Source: Geosiphon pyriformis uo1
Taxonomy: Eukaryota; Fungi; Glomeromycota
Reading direction: 5' to 3'
NCBI GenBank assembly: GCA_016748015.1
Contig: JAAOMT010000299.1
Span: forward strand, 657,090-721,089
DNA length: 64,000 nt
Shown: in pieces, positions 49,691-62,887 of the stretch
How positions within the stretch are numbered: position 1 is the first letter of the stretch
How the letters are laid out: every line of letters begins with the position of its first letter
The notes under the pieces: generated by a model
Databases searched by the model: none
Seen by the model: the letters and a program-made list of their open reading frames with translations, nothing else
Told to the model about the DNA's origin: nothing
Made by a program: the position numbers and the translations under genes

Positions 49691-50885
49691 TTACCAACAC
49701 TAACCAGTAATTAAAAACAAATGCAACAGCATCCAATCTATTAAAATAAACAACTACATATTGTTAAATATTAGTAGGCTTCAGCACAACATAAGAAACT
49801 TTACCAAAAACACCAAAAGCTGACTTAATATTAGCAGCAAACACACTCAAGAACATATTATATAGCACAACAGCAGCAGAAAAGGAACCAAACTCAGAAA
49901 CCACCAAAGACTTGGCAATTTTAAAAGTGGCAAAACAAATAGAGCTTGTAAACTCAACCAAAAATACAGTATTCAAAGAACTTTAAGAAGCAAACTCCAT
50001 ACAAAAAAGCTTTACATTGTCTTTTAATACTGACTTTACATCCAAAAAACCATGTACAAATTGAAAAACAGTCTTAATCTGAGCCAATTTGATCTTAAAA
50101 GTATTACTAAGTACTAGAGTAAAGACCACACATTTAGTAAACTTTTAACAACTAATAATAGTTTCCTAAGCATTATTAGTCGCAGTATTAGAAACCAAAA
50201 AAGATAATTCAGCTTCTATTTAATCAGCTCAGTTCTTAAAAACAGATAACCTAATAGAAAATAGTTGCTTTGCTTTTAAAACTGATAAGTATTTGCTAAA
50301 AAGCACCACATTTGACAACACAGTTAGTGGTTGATCTTAGTTCATCTTAAATAATATGTTAAATAAAACAGTAGAAATTTCATTTAAGATTTTAATTAGA
50401 ACCACAAAAAAATTCAATGTAACAATAGTAGAAACAAGTGACTGCTTTCACTTTTTTGAATCTCTGGTTTTTTTGACTATTTTGTTTAAAGAAGTAGTAC
50501 TAGTAGTACCAAGTATAGAAGCTATGATAAAGAAAACCAGCTTGTTAACTAATTTGTTATTAAAAACTTTTGGGTTCTTAAAAAGGATAGAGGCAATACT
50601 GAGACTAATCCAAGTGTGTTTTTTTGAAAAAACTTTAACTGGTGAAAAACCAGCCAAAGATAAGAAAAGTGCTTTAATAGCCATTAAAAACAGTTTATTA
50701 CTATTAATATCTAAGAAAAATATAGCCAATATGTTATATTTAGCTGTTTCAATAATAGAAAAATCTTTTCATATTGAAACTTTATTAGTTACTATAAGAA
50801 AAGTAACAGATACAGTTTTTTTACTTTTTGCTCTAGTTGTAGTCATAAAATTAAAAAGACAAAAAGTTTTTTTACTTGTTTTTTT
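49691..50885 (-). mobile_element. 5' half of an older, diverged ORF1-only element (H4) interrupted by G2a
   Basis: MTTTRAKSKK..VKVFSKKHTWIS..SAFGVFGKVSYVVLKP homologous to H1-H3; truncated exactly at the G2a LTR end. Confidence 0.82.
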
Positions 50886-51556
50886 AAATTAAATAATAAT
50901 ATTTTAATTAATATAATTGTATAATATAGTTTTAATTAATTTAAATAATTAGTTATAAATAAAAAATATATAAATTATATTTAATATAAAATATTTAATT
51001 GTTGTATTATATTAAATAATAATTAAATCTTATTTATTAAATTAAATAAAAAAATAAAAATAATAAACACTATTATTTATAAATAAATTTAAATTAATTA
51101 TTATTGTTAATATTTTTAAAGCAAAATTAAGAAGAAAACTAATATTAAATAATAAAAAACTATTCTTTAAAATTTTAAAAAATTGCTTTTTAGTTGTTTT
51201 AATTTTATTTTAAAAAACTTTAATTAAAAAAGTATATTTAAACCAGTTAAATACTGTTTTATATTAAAAATATTTAACTTTTATAAAAATGCAATATTTA
51301 TTTTTTAATTTTTAACATAATTTTACAATATTTTAAATTTACTTTTAATAATTAAAATAATAATTTAATATTACATAATAATAAAAATTGAATTTTAAAA
51401 AATATAAAGTTAATTATTAATAAGATTATAAAATTTATATAATTATTTAAGAATAAATTATAATAAAAACTAAACATTAAGATTATTTTTAAATTAAAAC
51501 ATTTAAATTATTTTAATTTATATAATAAAAAAGAATTAAAAGATAGTATTAAATCA

Positions 51557-53995
51557 AACTCTTTCTTTTCTAATTATATGACCACAATTAGAGTTAAGAG
51601 TAAAAAAGTTGCAAACATTATTTTTCCTATAGTAACTAATAAAATTTCAACATAAGAGGGTCTTTTGATTATTGAAGCAGTTAGACAAAACATTCTGGCT
51701 ACATTTCTTTTGAAAAATATTAGTAAAAAGCTGTCTTTAGCAGCTTCTGGTTTATTTTTTTCATCTTTGGCTAATAGTTCTTTTCCAGTTAAAGTTCCTT
51801 TTAAAAAACACACTTGAGTTAGTCCCAATGTTGTTTTTACTACTTTTAAGAGCCCAAAGATTTTTAATAACAGACCAGTTAACAAGCTGGTCTTTCCCAC
51901 TCTTATCACTTCCACTACTACTACTACTACTACTACTGCTTTACAAATGGCTGCAAAAGTGAAAAATTCCAAAAAACAGCAGCAGGCAGTCACAACTGCT
52001 ATGGTCATACCAAATTCCTTTGTGATTCCAAATAAGATTTTGGATAAGATCTTTACAGCAGCAGCCAGTTCTCTTTCTGATATGAATAACAACAATAGCA
52101 GCACATCTTTCAAGATGGGCCAAAATCAACCACTGGCCATGTTGTTTGATATAGTACTCTCCAGCAGATCATTGCCAATCCCAGAAGCACAACAATTCAT
52201 TATTTCAAATAATCTCAAAGATTGGACTGATCAGATAGAAATAGAATCAACTGCTCCTCCCCCTAATTTCTGGTGCTGCTAATAGTAGTGCTTGAAAGAA
52301 TGTGAATGGTTATTAAAAATTTTCTGGTTGGATGGTCTCTAATTTAATACCTGGTGCTACTTTTAAGATCAAAATAGCTCTGTTCAGTTTCTTGTTTCAG
52401 TTGCTGCCTGGTTGTATTAGGCTTAAGTCTGTTTTATAAGATGCTGTTAAGTTATTCTGTATGGAATTTGCATTTCAAGAAAGTCTAAATAGTGCCACCA
52501 AAGTGGCCATTGGTAATAATGTTTTTTTGACCACTCTTAAGATTGCAAGATCTTCTGGTATGATCTCTGTTTCTTCCTCTTCTTTTTCAGTTGTACTTCA
52601 TAATATACCTTTGAATATCTTTTTTAATAACATTAAATCTGTTCTTGGCATTTTTGGTGTTGTCACTTCTGTTAAGTTAAAGCCTGCTGGCTTATGGCAA
52701 TATGCTGTAATTTATTTCAAAAACACTTTTTTTGCTGCTGCTGCTCTTACTCACTGGTCTGTGCTGGTTAGAAAAGACAGTATAAGGATTTTCTTTGTTG
52801 TCAACCAAAATAATGTTATTTCTTCAAGAAACACTTTTAAGGCTAAGTTAGTTAATCTTTCCTTTGGCTGTATTGTCTTTGAGATAAGTGATTTGGTCTT
52901 CTAAGTTGGTGGCCATATATGTTTCATTCTTTGCTTTCCTGAATCTTACTAATATTAACACTTTGCTGTAGTTACTTTTGATTCTTTGGAATCTCTGAAT
53001 GCTGTTATGTCAAAAACTAGTATCTTGTGTGATTGCTGCATCTGGTGAGAAACTCCTAGATGTTGCTACTGTTACAGATGTTAAAACCTGACCCATTTGG
53101 CTGTAGACTACAAAAAATCATTTCTTCTTCTATTCAAACTCTCTTTTAACACTTCTGGTGGCCCCAAAGTTTTCAAACTTTTATTTGCTAAATCAAAATT
53201 TTATGCCAAAGCTGCTGCCTTTATGGTTCCTTCTGTTGATACTACTGCTAATATGAACTTGGATTTTGGTGGTTCCCCCAAAACTACAACATCTATGTTG
53301 CCTATTGTCTTTTCTGCTCCTAATATTGCTGTTAAATCTAAGTTGACTTCTCTGGAATCTCACCTTAGCAAGCTGTCTGTGTTGATAAAATTCTTGGTTA
53401 AATTTATTGGTGCTTTGGTTGTATTGGTTACCAAATTGCTGTCTACTTCATCTGCTATGGATGTGTCAGTTAAAAAAAGTGTAGCTGAATTAGTTAAGAA
53501 AAATAAAGATTTGGCTGCTGTTGTTATTATAATGCAGAAAAAAATGACACACCTTGAGAAAAAATATGAATGGACCTACTTAAAAGATGTGTCAGATGAG
53601 GATAAAAACATGGATAATAATGATAATGATAATAAGGACTTTTTAGTCTATAACAACATCTTTGATATTATAATGCACCTATGAAAAGATCAGCCTTCCA
53701 GTATTAAATCTAGTCTTAATCAGACTGCTAAGTAGATAAATAGTATGGTTAAAAATAGTCATGAGCTTGTTAGCATTATGGATAAGATATATGAGTTAGA
53801 CATATATGATACATTAGATAGCAAAAATAGTACTAGTGTGTAATTAGGGCTTTCTGCTTGTGATTAGCCGTATCTTGTGATTTGTATTGTTGAGTGAGCT
53901 GGCTTTATAAAAGCACTATATTATTGTGAACATAACTAATAAATGACTAGTATAGCTACATGTTAACAAAAAAATAAAAATAAAAATAAAAATAA
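51557..53995 (+). mobile_element. ORF1-only retroposon copy H5 (full length)
   Basis: Same 5' end (AAACTCTTTC..ATGACC), decayed ORF1, shared tail, A(n)/(TAAAAA)n end; TSD not clearly readable. Confidence 0.9.
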
Positions 53996-54098
53996 TAGAA
54001 GAGAATTGCTAAATCAATCTATCTGCAACATATGATATCATTTATATCATAGTTTTGTATTTAATTATATATAAGAACATATTAATGAATATTATAGT

Positions 54099-54146
54099 TG
54101 TCCACAAGAAAGTGTTTTATAATTAAAAAACACTTTATTGTAGACA
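54099..54146. repeat. Inverted repeat with 20-bp arms
   Basis: TGTCCACAAGAAAGTGTTTT / AAAACACTTTATTGTAGACA, two mismatches. Confidence 0.7.
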
Positions 54147-54199
54147 GGTCTGAATATTATGGCCTTGTTTTTTACAAACTTTATATTTACATATTTAAA

Positions 54200-54873
54200 T
54201 TTGAAAAAAAACATTTTCAACAATTTTAAATTAGGATAAATTTTATTGAATAGATAATTCTTGATGAGCAATATTTTGTTTAAAGTGATTTAAAGTACTT
54301 AAAGAACATTCTTAAGTTTGTTAATTAAAAAGATTCTTAATTGTAAGAGATATGGTTAAAATCTGAATTAATTGAGTTTATTTTTCAAAGATGTACTTGT
54401 TCATTATAAATAGTCTTTAAAATTGTATGTTGTTTAAGATTTTCCTGTCATAATGTTGTTAAAATTGTCTTTGGTACAATGCCTACACTTAAATCCAAAC
54501 AAAAAGTATTAGTTTCACAAATGTTAAGTTGTCAAGCAGTAAAATATTCAGCAATATTATCAGATGGTTTATGATTATATTCAGTATTGTGAACTTTTAG
54601 ATGCCAGCATTCATCAGTTTTGAGTAATCATTCATATACAATAAAAGGGCAGTTTGTTAATCAAGTTGCTGTTTTTTGTTGTTGATTTTCTAATACAAGT
54701 CTTTTAGAAACATTATATTTATTTTCCCAATCACATTTGAAAATAATATAAGTACTATTAGCAGCAAAGCATCATTTTGTAACTACATATCCTTGGAAAT
54801 ATCTAAAGATGTTAAGACTTTATATTATCATCTCACAAGAGCTATATGATATTTCTAAAGATGGTAACATCAT
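54200..54873 (-). pseudogene. Mutator/MULE transposase relic (FAR1-type N-terminal domain)
   Basis: Manual translation: MLPSLEISYSSCE..QGYVVTK*..IFKCDWEN..KTAT*LTNCPF..WHLKVHNTEYNHKPS..GIVPKTILTTL*QEN..KTIYN; matches the FAR1/WRKY-GCM1 C..C..HNH pattern. Confidence 0.72.
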
Positions 54874-55656
54874 ATGAATTTAATTAGTAATTTTATAAAA
54901 AAATGTAATTACTTGTAAAATCAAAAAAAACTTAGTAAGTTTATTCTAGAGCTCTTTAATTATAAACTTGTTAATATGTTTCTATATATAATTAAATATA
55001 AAACTATAACATAAATGATATTACATGATAGAAGTGAATCGATTTAGCAATTCTCTAATAGAATTAGATTTTAAACATCTGTTTTATTATTAATTATAAT
55101 TTATTTAATTAAAAATCTAAATTACAATATGTATTATTGTCTTAATTATTTTAATAGTTAGTTATATGCAAAAACATAAACTGTATTTATTTTAAAATGT
55201 TTTTGGTTTTATGTTTATAAATAATAATTGGATAATATTTTATTAAACAATAAATAAAATAAAATAATTATACAATTTATTAAACTTTTAATATAACCAA
55301 ATTTCAATAAATATTTCAATATAACATTAATCAAAATTTACTGCTTTATTAATTAAACACATTTTGTAATTTAAGTAAAAATAAAAAGGATCAATGTTAA
55401 TCATACCAAATGACTCATCAGAACTCGGACTGATCTCAAATTTATTAGATCAGGTAAATCTCAGCTTCCAGAAAGTATACAAAAACACTTAGAATTCATT
55501 TTAAGCTGATCTTGGAAGATTGTAAGTCAAAATATCAAAGGTGGGCGAAATTTCTTCAAATAAATACACTTCCACGCTCCTTAATGAATTTGGTATATAT
55601 TTACATATTGGAATGATAAAATGCTTTATAAACGAGGTATTTCCAGTCGCGTATAT

Positions 55657-58600
55657 CTATCTTCTGCCAAATGGACGTTCTGGACGACGTATTGGTTGGG
55701 ATGCTAACGATCTTTGAGGCCATTCTTGAGAAATAGTCCTTCCTCTTGTTTCACTTCCACTCTTTATCCTCGGTCCTATACTGGGACCCGACTGCTGTAC
55801 GGGAGGCCGATCATAGGGTGGAATGGGAGAGGGAATCCCGTAATATGGATTGTCATAGTATCCAGCGCGTATTGGTTGACTGTCATAACGAGGGGGATAA
55901 TCACGCTGGCCTTCCATACGTCTTTCAAATTCCATATATTTAGATATTGGTGGCATCAAGATCGGAAGGGTGGGTGGGGCAGTCCATGTTTCCCATGGAT
56001 TAACCATGGGTGGATTTGAATTGGTACCTCTTCCTATGTTAAGCCCCCGCCCACTACTATTAGCTATGCGAGTGGTCCCTCCACGAGTTGTCGATGCCGA
56101 ACTAGTACTAGGTCGTCTTCCTCTACCACCCCGAGGACTAGGGCCAGTTTGAGGAATTGGAGTCGCAGTTGTGATCACACTCCTTTTACTTTGAGCGGGT
56201 AAACGATTTGGGGTATTTAGTTTCTTTTGTGGAAGAGATGGAACTGAGCTCAACACTGGGGTTGTTGTAGTCGATGAAGTTGTAACCATGTCTGGATGTT
56301 GTTGGTTGACAGGTATTTTGCCAGACATGAAATCATCTACATGGACTGATGGGGGACGACTTGTATTTGCTTTTCGATTATTATGTATGCTACGAAATTC
56401 GTTTTTTTGATAAGTTTTACCACCACCCAAATTTCGTCGTGCATTGCTTTCATAAGCAATCCCACCAAGTTTGGTCAGTGTACGTGCTTTTAAAAGCTTT
56501 CTGCCTTTTGCAGCACTATCCCCAGTCATTTTCATCTTTTTATGGAATTGAAAATTGGGTAACATCTCTTTGGCAAAAATTTCGAAGTCAATCTCGATAT
56601 CGGGTACATTGAAAAGTCCACCGTCACCTTCTTTCCCTTCGAGATCATCGACAACATCGTAGAACGGAATATTTGATATATCGCCTTTGTTTGGGTGTGT
56701 TGATGGTAATACGACTTCAATTTTTGATCGGCTAAACAGTGCACCGAATTGAATTGATACCGAAACTTACTAATGGTTGCCACGTGGCTCCTGGAATCAA
56801 CATTTTGGGATATCATTTTCTCCCTTGAATTCAACGATTTTGTAAGCTCTGCAAATCTTTTACCGAATTCTTTCAATATTTCTCGAGGGTTCAGCTTATG
56901 ACTATGGTCTTTCACCTCACGGATATAGAAGTGTAATGCCTCTTTTAATTGTCGAATGACGCCGGCAAGTAACTGGCAAGTCTCTACATCGTATACCTCC
57001 TCATCGACATGACTCGGTTCATAAGGAAGTTCGAGGACATGTTGTTCGATATTTTCGTATGTTTTCCAGAGAGCTTCGGGATCTTCGGTAGAATCAATTA
57101 AAACGGCCAAAGGTTTGACGTTTTGATCTCCTTCTAGTGGACTATTGAAACTATCACAACTCCAAGAAGGATAATCAATAACTTTTTGGATTAATAATAT
57201 GGAATGATATGCAATATGTAATTCCTGCATTCCTAAGTCTTGTGATCGCAATAGTTCAGGAACCCAAGCAAGCATATTACTAATCAAAAGTCGATGGTGA
57301 GTCTTAGATAAAATCAACAAGGCACCTATCTCTGTTTCCGTGATTTTTTGCAATATTAGTAATGCTTCTACTTGAAGCCGCCCTTCTTTGCCGTGTTTTA
57401 CCAATTCTAACATCGATTCCACAATCACGGAAAGCTCTTTTACATCGGGCATGCTATTTTTCTCGGAGGAAATTGTATGATTGCACAAAGATAATATGAA
57501 TTCCATTATAAGATCAGATATAAGGTCCATACTTTGATTTGTTCGAACGAATTCGAGTAGAAGAGATACTAAGCCAATACTTTCATCGCTTGATATTTCT
57601 TCAGGAGAATTGTTAAACATCATTGGATCATCAACTTTGGCTCTTAGCATATCAAGCAATAAAGTTCGGCCAGCTGAGTTTTCAGCCAAACATGTTAATA
57701 AGCTGATCCATCGGCCAAATATAGAGTGCTCAGTTTCTACATCTAAAGAATTGCGATCATTTTGTCGAGCAATATCTTCATTTGAATTGTCATTGGCAGC
57801 TGAATTATTTAATAATGTTGTGTTTCTTGCCTCAAATACTGTTTTATATTGATGAGCCGCTTCACGGACTCCATTGACAACAACCGCGACAATTCCCTTA
57901 GCAAGGCCGCCATCATGTATATCCAAGTTGACCATTTGACAAACAACATTTCTGAGGACTATATGTATAATTTTAGAGCTTACAGGTGCCAGTCTTTTGG
58001 TTATTTGCATTAATTCGTCTCGTAAAGGAAGTAATTGTTTGACCCAATAATCCCTTAAAAGTTGTCCATCTCTTTGAATAATTGACCGTTTGAGTGCAAT
58101 TTGGTTTTTATCTACATCGTGATTTGTATTCTCGGCAAAAATATGATCTTGTAATGTGGAAGTCAATGCGCGTGAAAACAAAGGTACAGGAAGAATTTCG
58201 CTGATCATATACAGTCCGCTTAAAATATTGTCGGGCCCCTCGAATATGAAGTCACACAAATGCTTGATGACATGCCGTCCAGCAAATACCGAAAAAAATC
58301 GCGGATGACATCTAAGCTCTTTAACAATCTCACCTGAATTGCTATCATTGTCATCCACGATGTTTACTTGAGTCAATAGCCCAAAGACAGCGGAAACCAG
58401 ACCACGAACTCTTGCTATTTGTAAAGTTTGCCCACTTTTGAATTGTTGCTCCGCGATCAACAAAGACACCGATCCAAGTTGATCGCTGAGGCGACCGTCA
58501 ATGTGATCTAGTGCAGAAATGAGCATCAAAAATGGCTCCACAAAAGCTCGAATCATAGATTTCTCTTGAGATGGTAAAGGGTCATCCGGAGTCTCGTCTT

Positions 58601-61600
58601 TCTTGAATATATTGGTAAAATGCCGTTTAGCGGCGCTGTTCTCACGATCACCGTATACAATTAAGAGTAATCGTCGAATAAGCATAAGATTGCACCATAC
58701 TAATTCAAGCAGCTCTTTTCGAAGCTCAAAAATTTCAGAAGAAAGGATTACATTAGATGATGAAATCAATGGAGTTAATTGTAGATTTTCATGTTCAGCC
58801 TTTGTTAATTCTGTCGAGCTGAAGAGCACATTCCTAGACGATATATCTTGACCTTTAATGGGATCCATAATTCCAGATGTAATAACGTCTATAATCCCGC
58901 CAGAAGAGAGTTCTGTAGATGGTTGTTCAGTGTAGACAGCGAAATCACTCAAATCTGATAACACCTCAGCAATGTAGTTTAATAATCTCAATAGAAAGAC
59001 CAATAGACTATCACCATTATCTAATCCACTAAAGTCATCCATTCTCGATTTGAGTATTTGCACCATTCCCTCTTCGGTGTAAGTATAGGTCATTAATAAG
59101 CGCATTGCTACTATGGTTTGGTTTACAACTGTGTGGTCTCGTAGGCATTCAGGATAAAATTTTTGTTGTTTTATCAAATCGATCACAGCTTGTATGCCTC
59201 CTGACTCATGGTATACGGCAACTGGGTCCCATAACGCACGCAGATTGTTGTCCATAGCCACAAATGATGAAATTAGTTCATTTACGTTTGCTGTCAACAA
59301 ATGAGGCAAAGCCTTGGAAAATTTTAGTACAACTTCCAACAATTCAAAAGGCAAACGTCCAAAAAGGTTTGATCCATATGATGATATGGAATCGTCTGCA
59401 TGACTTTCTACGGGATTGATATTTATACAAGACAGAATGATCGGAAGTGCGTCAAGATAAATAATTGTAGATGCCACCGCCTAGAAAATTATAATACAAT
59501 AAAGAGATTATAATATAATGACTGATAAATGATAGTCCGAGCTTGAATCTAATTACCTGCTTGCCGACAGGGAAAACAGTCATCTCGAATAAATCATTCA
59601 TCAGAGAGATAATTTTTTCGCAGTCTTCCCAGCAATCATCGACAAAATTTTGTGAGCCAAGATCGACTAATCGTTCGACAGTAGCAATAGCATACAATTG
59701 ATATGCCAAAAGAATTATTAATTGATCAGAAGATATGGAAAAGTGATCTAAATAATCAATGTTGGCGCCGATAGCTCCATAACTGTGCATATTTAAAATG
59801 CGCCTTGCTTTTCGCAAATTAGGATCTTCATTTTCAGACTGGGGTTGATCTTCTGGATATTCATGAATGTAATCATAATCTTCGTCATAAATTCCTCCAT
59901 TTAAGCTCCTCCCAAGTCCACACAATATATCTGCAATACCAATTGTTTGTCTTATTTCTGTTGCGTCTGCCCATCTGTGAAGAACAGCCTCCGGGGTGAC
60001 TTTAATAGAGTCCGACTCTTCTTCCATTTGAATAGTCGTATGCTCATTCGCTTGACACAAAAGACTAGCCCATAAAGCTAACAAATGCTCTCCCGAAGAG
60101 CCAGGTTGCGGTTGTAATTGTTTGGCCAAATAGCACATTCCGGAAGGAGCCGCCAGCAAGGTAACACAGAGTCTTCCAACTGAATTCACCAAATCACAGA
60201 ATCTGTTGCTAGACCGAAGACGATGCGAGGAGAATAGGATTGTGATTGAAGAAAATAATCTAGATGATGTAAGGTAACGAAAACAGAAGGATGTCGATTT
60301 ATCACAATTCGCTTCATTTGGATTCAATGCCATGTGATATAGCGCCGCTCTTGATATGATGTGTAGAGATCGAACGACTCTTTTAATAATTTGTTGAATA
60401 GCTATATGGTTATCTCGATCAACTGCCATATAATCTTCTGGAACAGAGTCATGATACACTTCACTGCTATGGAGTTCTCTCAAATTATTGGATCCTTTTT
60501 TCGAAGTCTTTCTTTTTCGTCGCATAATTTCCTGTTGAGCTTCTTCTTCTGCTGCTTTTTGAATCAAAGCACACGCTTCATATAAAGATACTTTGCGAAC
60601 ATTCGCCTGTACTAGATGCATGACACGTGAAGTTAAATTTGGACGTTGTAACATCGGTAAGATAGAAGATTGAAATATAGAGTTAGTAATAGATTCATCC
60701 TGATTCCACCCTAAAATTCTTTCAATCACTATAGGATCGTCCATGCATTTCAAGAGTCCTTCCAAAATTTTGGTCTGAAGATATGTTGAAGTATAATCCT
60801 GATTTAGGATCAAGCTTAAAGGTTTCAAAGAATTCTCAATCTATATTTATCAAAAGAGTTAAAACAAATTCATGTATAAAGAAATAGTTCTTAAAGCTTC
60901 TCTTCTACAAACCCATTGAGTATTGGTAAGAATCTCCCCGCATGTGCTTAGTTTGCTTAATAAAGCAACACCATTTTCAAAAAGTTTAAGAGATGACTAT
61001 GAAATAGTGACGGAAATATCAAATGACCTTAATTTGGGTGACAAGGAGCATCAAAATCATGACATAAAGTCATTAGGGGCAGCGAATATTTCGGAAGGCA
61101 TATAAATTATCTACCAACCTTTCCAGAAATGATATCAAGTGCAAATGGTACACTATCGATCAAGCAGTTAAGTTTATCTAAAAAGTTTCATTATATTGAA
61201 GAGTAAATTAAACTCATTAACTTGAGTTAGATCTAAAGAATAAAAACCCATTTTAATGAAATTTCCATTTTTACCCTGATACTGAACGTTATGATGTTGT
61301 GCCCAAATAACTGCTTCTATAATAACATCATTTGCCTCTCGAATTAATGCTGATAAGTTGGAAGCGGTGCTTTCAGTATCCTTAAAACCGATATTTATAT
61401 CATCCGAATTGGGATATTCTGGCGTTTTGAATAGGATATCACCAACTTCTCTTGCTATGCGACTGAATTGATCCCATGCTTTACGACACGGAGTTTCAGA
61501 GAAAGAGTTCCTTGCAAGTGATATAGCGGTTTCATCGGGAGAAGAATGTCGCTTTGGAGATATTATTTTAAAAATGGAGTATTTCTCTAGCATAATTTTC

Positions 61601-62887
61601 ATATTGATTAATCACTTACCAAGAGAACACCATGAATATAGGTTTCATCATTAGTGCAAACAAGCCATCTCGGCAATACTAGAGGACTTAGAATCTTGAA
61701 AGCACCAGTTCGATCTTTTCTGAATAGAATTCCTATTCGATCCTCATCAGATATGATGTCTTTCATCCCATCGTCGATGAAAGAGCTGTCTTCTTCCATT
61801 GGTGTGACGAAAATATCTTGTGTCAGAGGTGTCGTCATACCAAATAAATCTTTTGTTGAGGAATTCTCTATTAGTGATATAGTCCGTTCATTTTGAGCTA
61901 CCTCGATGGTTTTTTCTCGAGTATGAGAACCAGGAAAATTTATATGTATTGAAGGATTATGCATTGCTTCGAATGAGCTTGATTGTTTTAATTGAGGAGA
62001 CCCGCTATTGGTAATTTTATCTTTAATATTACCCTTGTTTAATTCTGAATTCTGTTGTTCCAATTCAGGAATATCATTTGAGCCATTATTGACATTGATG
62101 CTTAATCGATTTTCCTCTTTGTTTTCTTTAATATGGCCGGCTTTTTGAGGTAGAATTGAAGATTCAAGCACACCACCATTTGTTTCTTTGTTTTTGGGAT
62201 TTTGTATTTTATTACTTTCCATCACGCGACCATATATACAGAGTGTAACAGCCTGGTAGTTCCCGCGTAGAATAATAAAACGAGTTGTTGCCTACCAATC
62301 CATTTTATAGAGCCTTAGTTAGAAGAAAACCCACAAAAAAGAACGATTTGAGGAAATTTGCAATCACCTCTGGTGAAAGCGTAACATCGAAACTTTGATA
62401 TCCTTTAGTTTCGTCAAAAGAAATTGTTAGAGGGTGTAAGGGTAAATTTGGAAGAGCTTTTTTAGGAGATTTTGCAACATCAGAGGTGAGAGTCTTATGG
62501 ATAAGAAAATGAAGATCAAACTTGGAGGGAGAGGTTTGCCTAGAAGGTTAACAATGCGGGATATAATTGATAGTTAATTTTCACAAAAAAGATTCTAATA
62601 GCAAGCCGTGATTTCGCCCAAGGTCTTTTGGGAAAGATTTTTGATTACAAGTATATGGGCGCGTTCACTTACCCAGAATAATCACTTTTGCGAGTCCCTA
62701 TGAAGGGTCTAAAGTTCTTGGGAACTATTCTAATTTCGGACAACACCACTCGTTGATGAAATCGTATACACTCCGTGGGCAATTCATCGTTTTGAAGAGG
62801 CCCGGAAGTCAAGGAGTCAAAAAATAAAAGTTGAGAATCATTGGAACTGGTTCCCTGATTGAGACCATTGCCACCATTCGAGCTCAT
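55657..62887 (-). CDS. VIRMA: Virilizer (VIRMA/KIAA1429-like), scaffold of the m6A methyltransferase complex; ~9 exons, roughly 2,100-2,200 aa
   Basis: VIR_N motifs across exons 62887-62673, 62539-62368 and 62291-61620 (LLFFDS..IRF..V.LSEIRIVP..GQTSPSKFDL..TRFIILRGNYQAVTLCIYG); helical-repeat middle; C-terminal signature RKANTSRPPSVHVDDF; GT-AG introns. Later exons are approximate and tentative: 61551-61275, 61177-61100, 60996-60913, 60840-59558, 59480-56864, 56765-55657. Confidence 0.88.

Noticed and set aside
50890-51555. Extremely AT-rich tract (also 54950-55380 and 63200-64000) as origin, centromere or distinct element
   Set aside because: No periodicity or motif discernible; consistent with terminally decayed repeat or intergenic DNA
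55657-62225. ORFs of 302, 981, 458, 142 and 205 aa as separate genes
   Set aside because: Linked by GT-AG introns in compatible phases between the N- and C-terminal virilizer motifs
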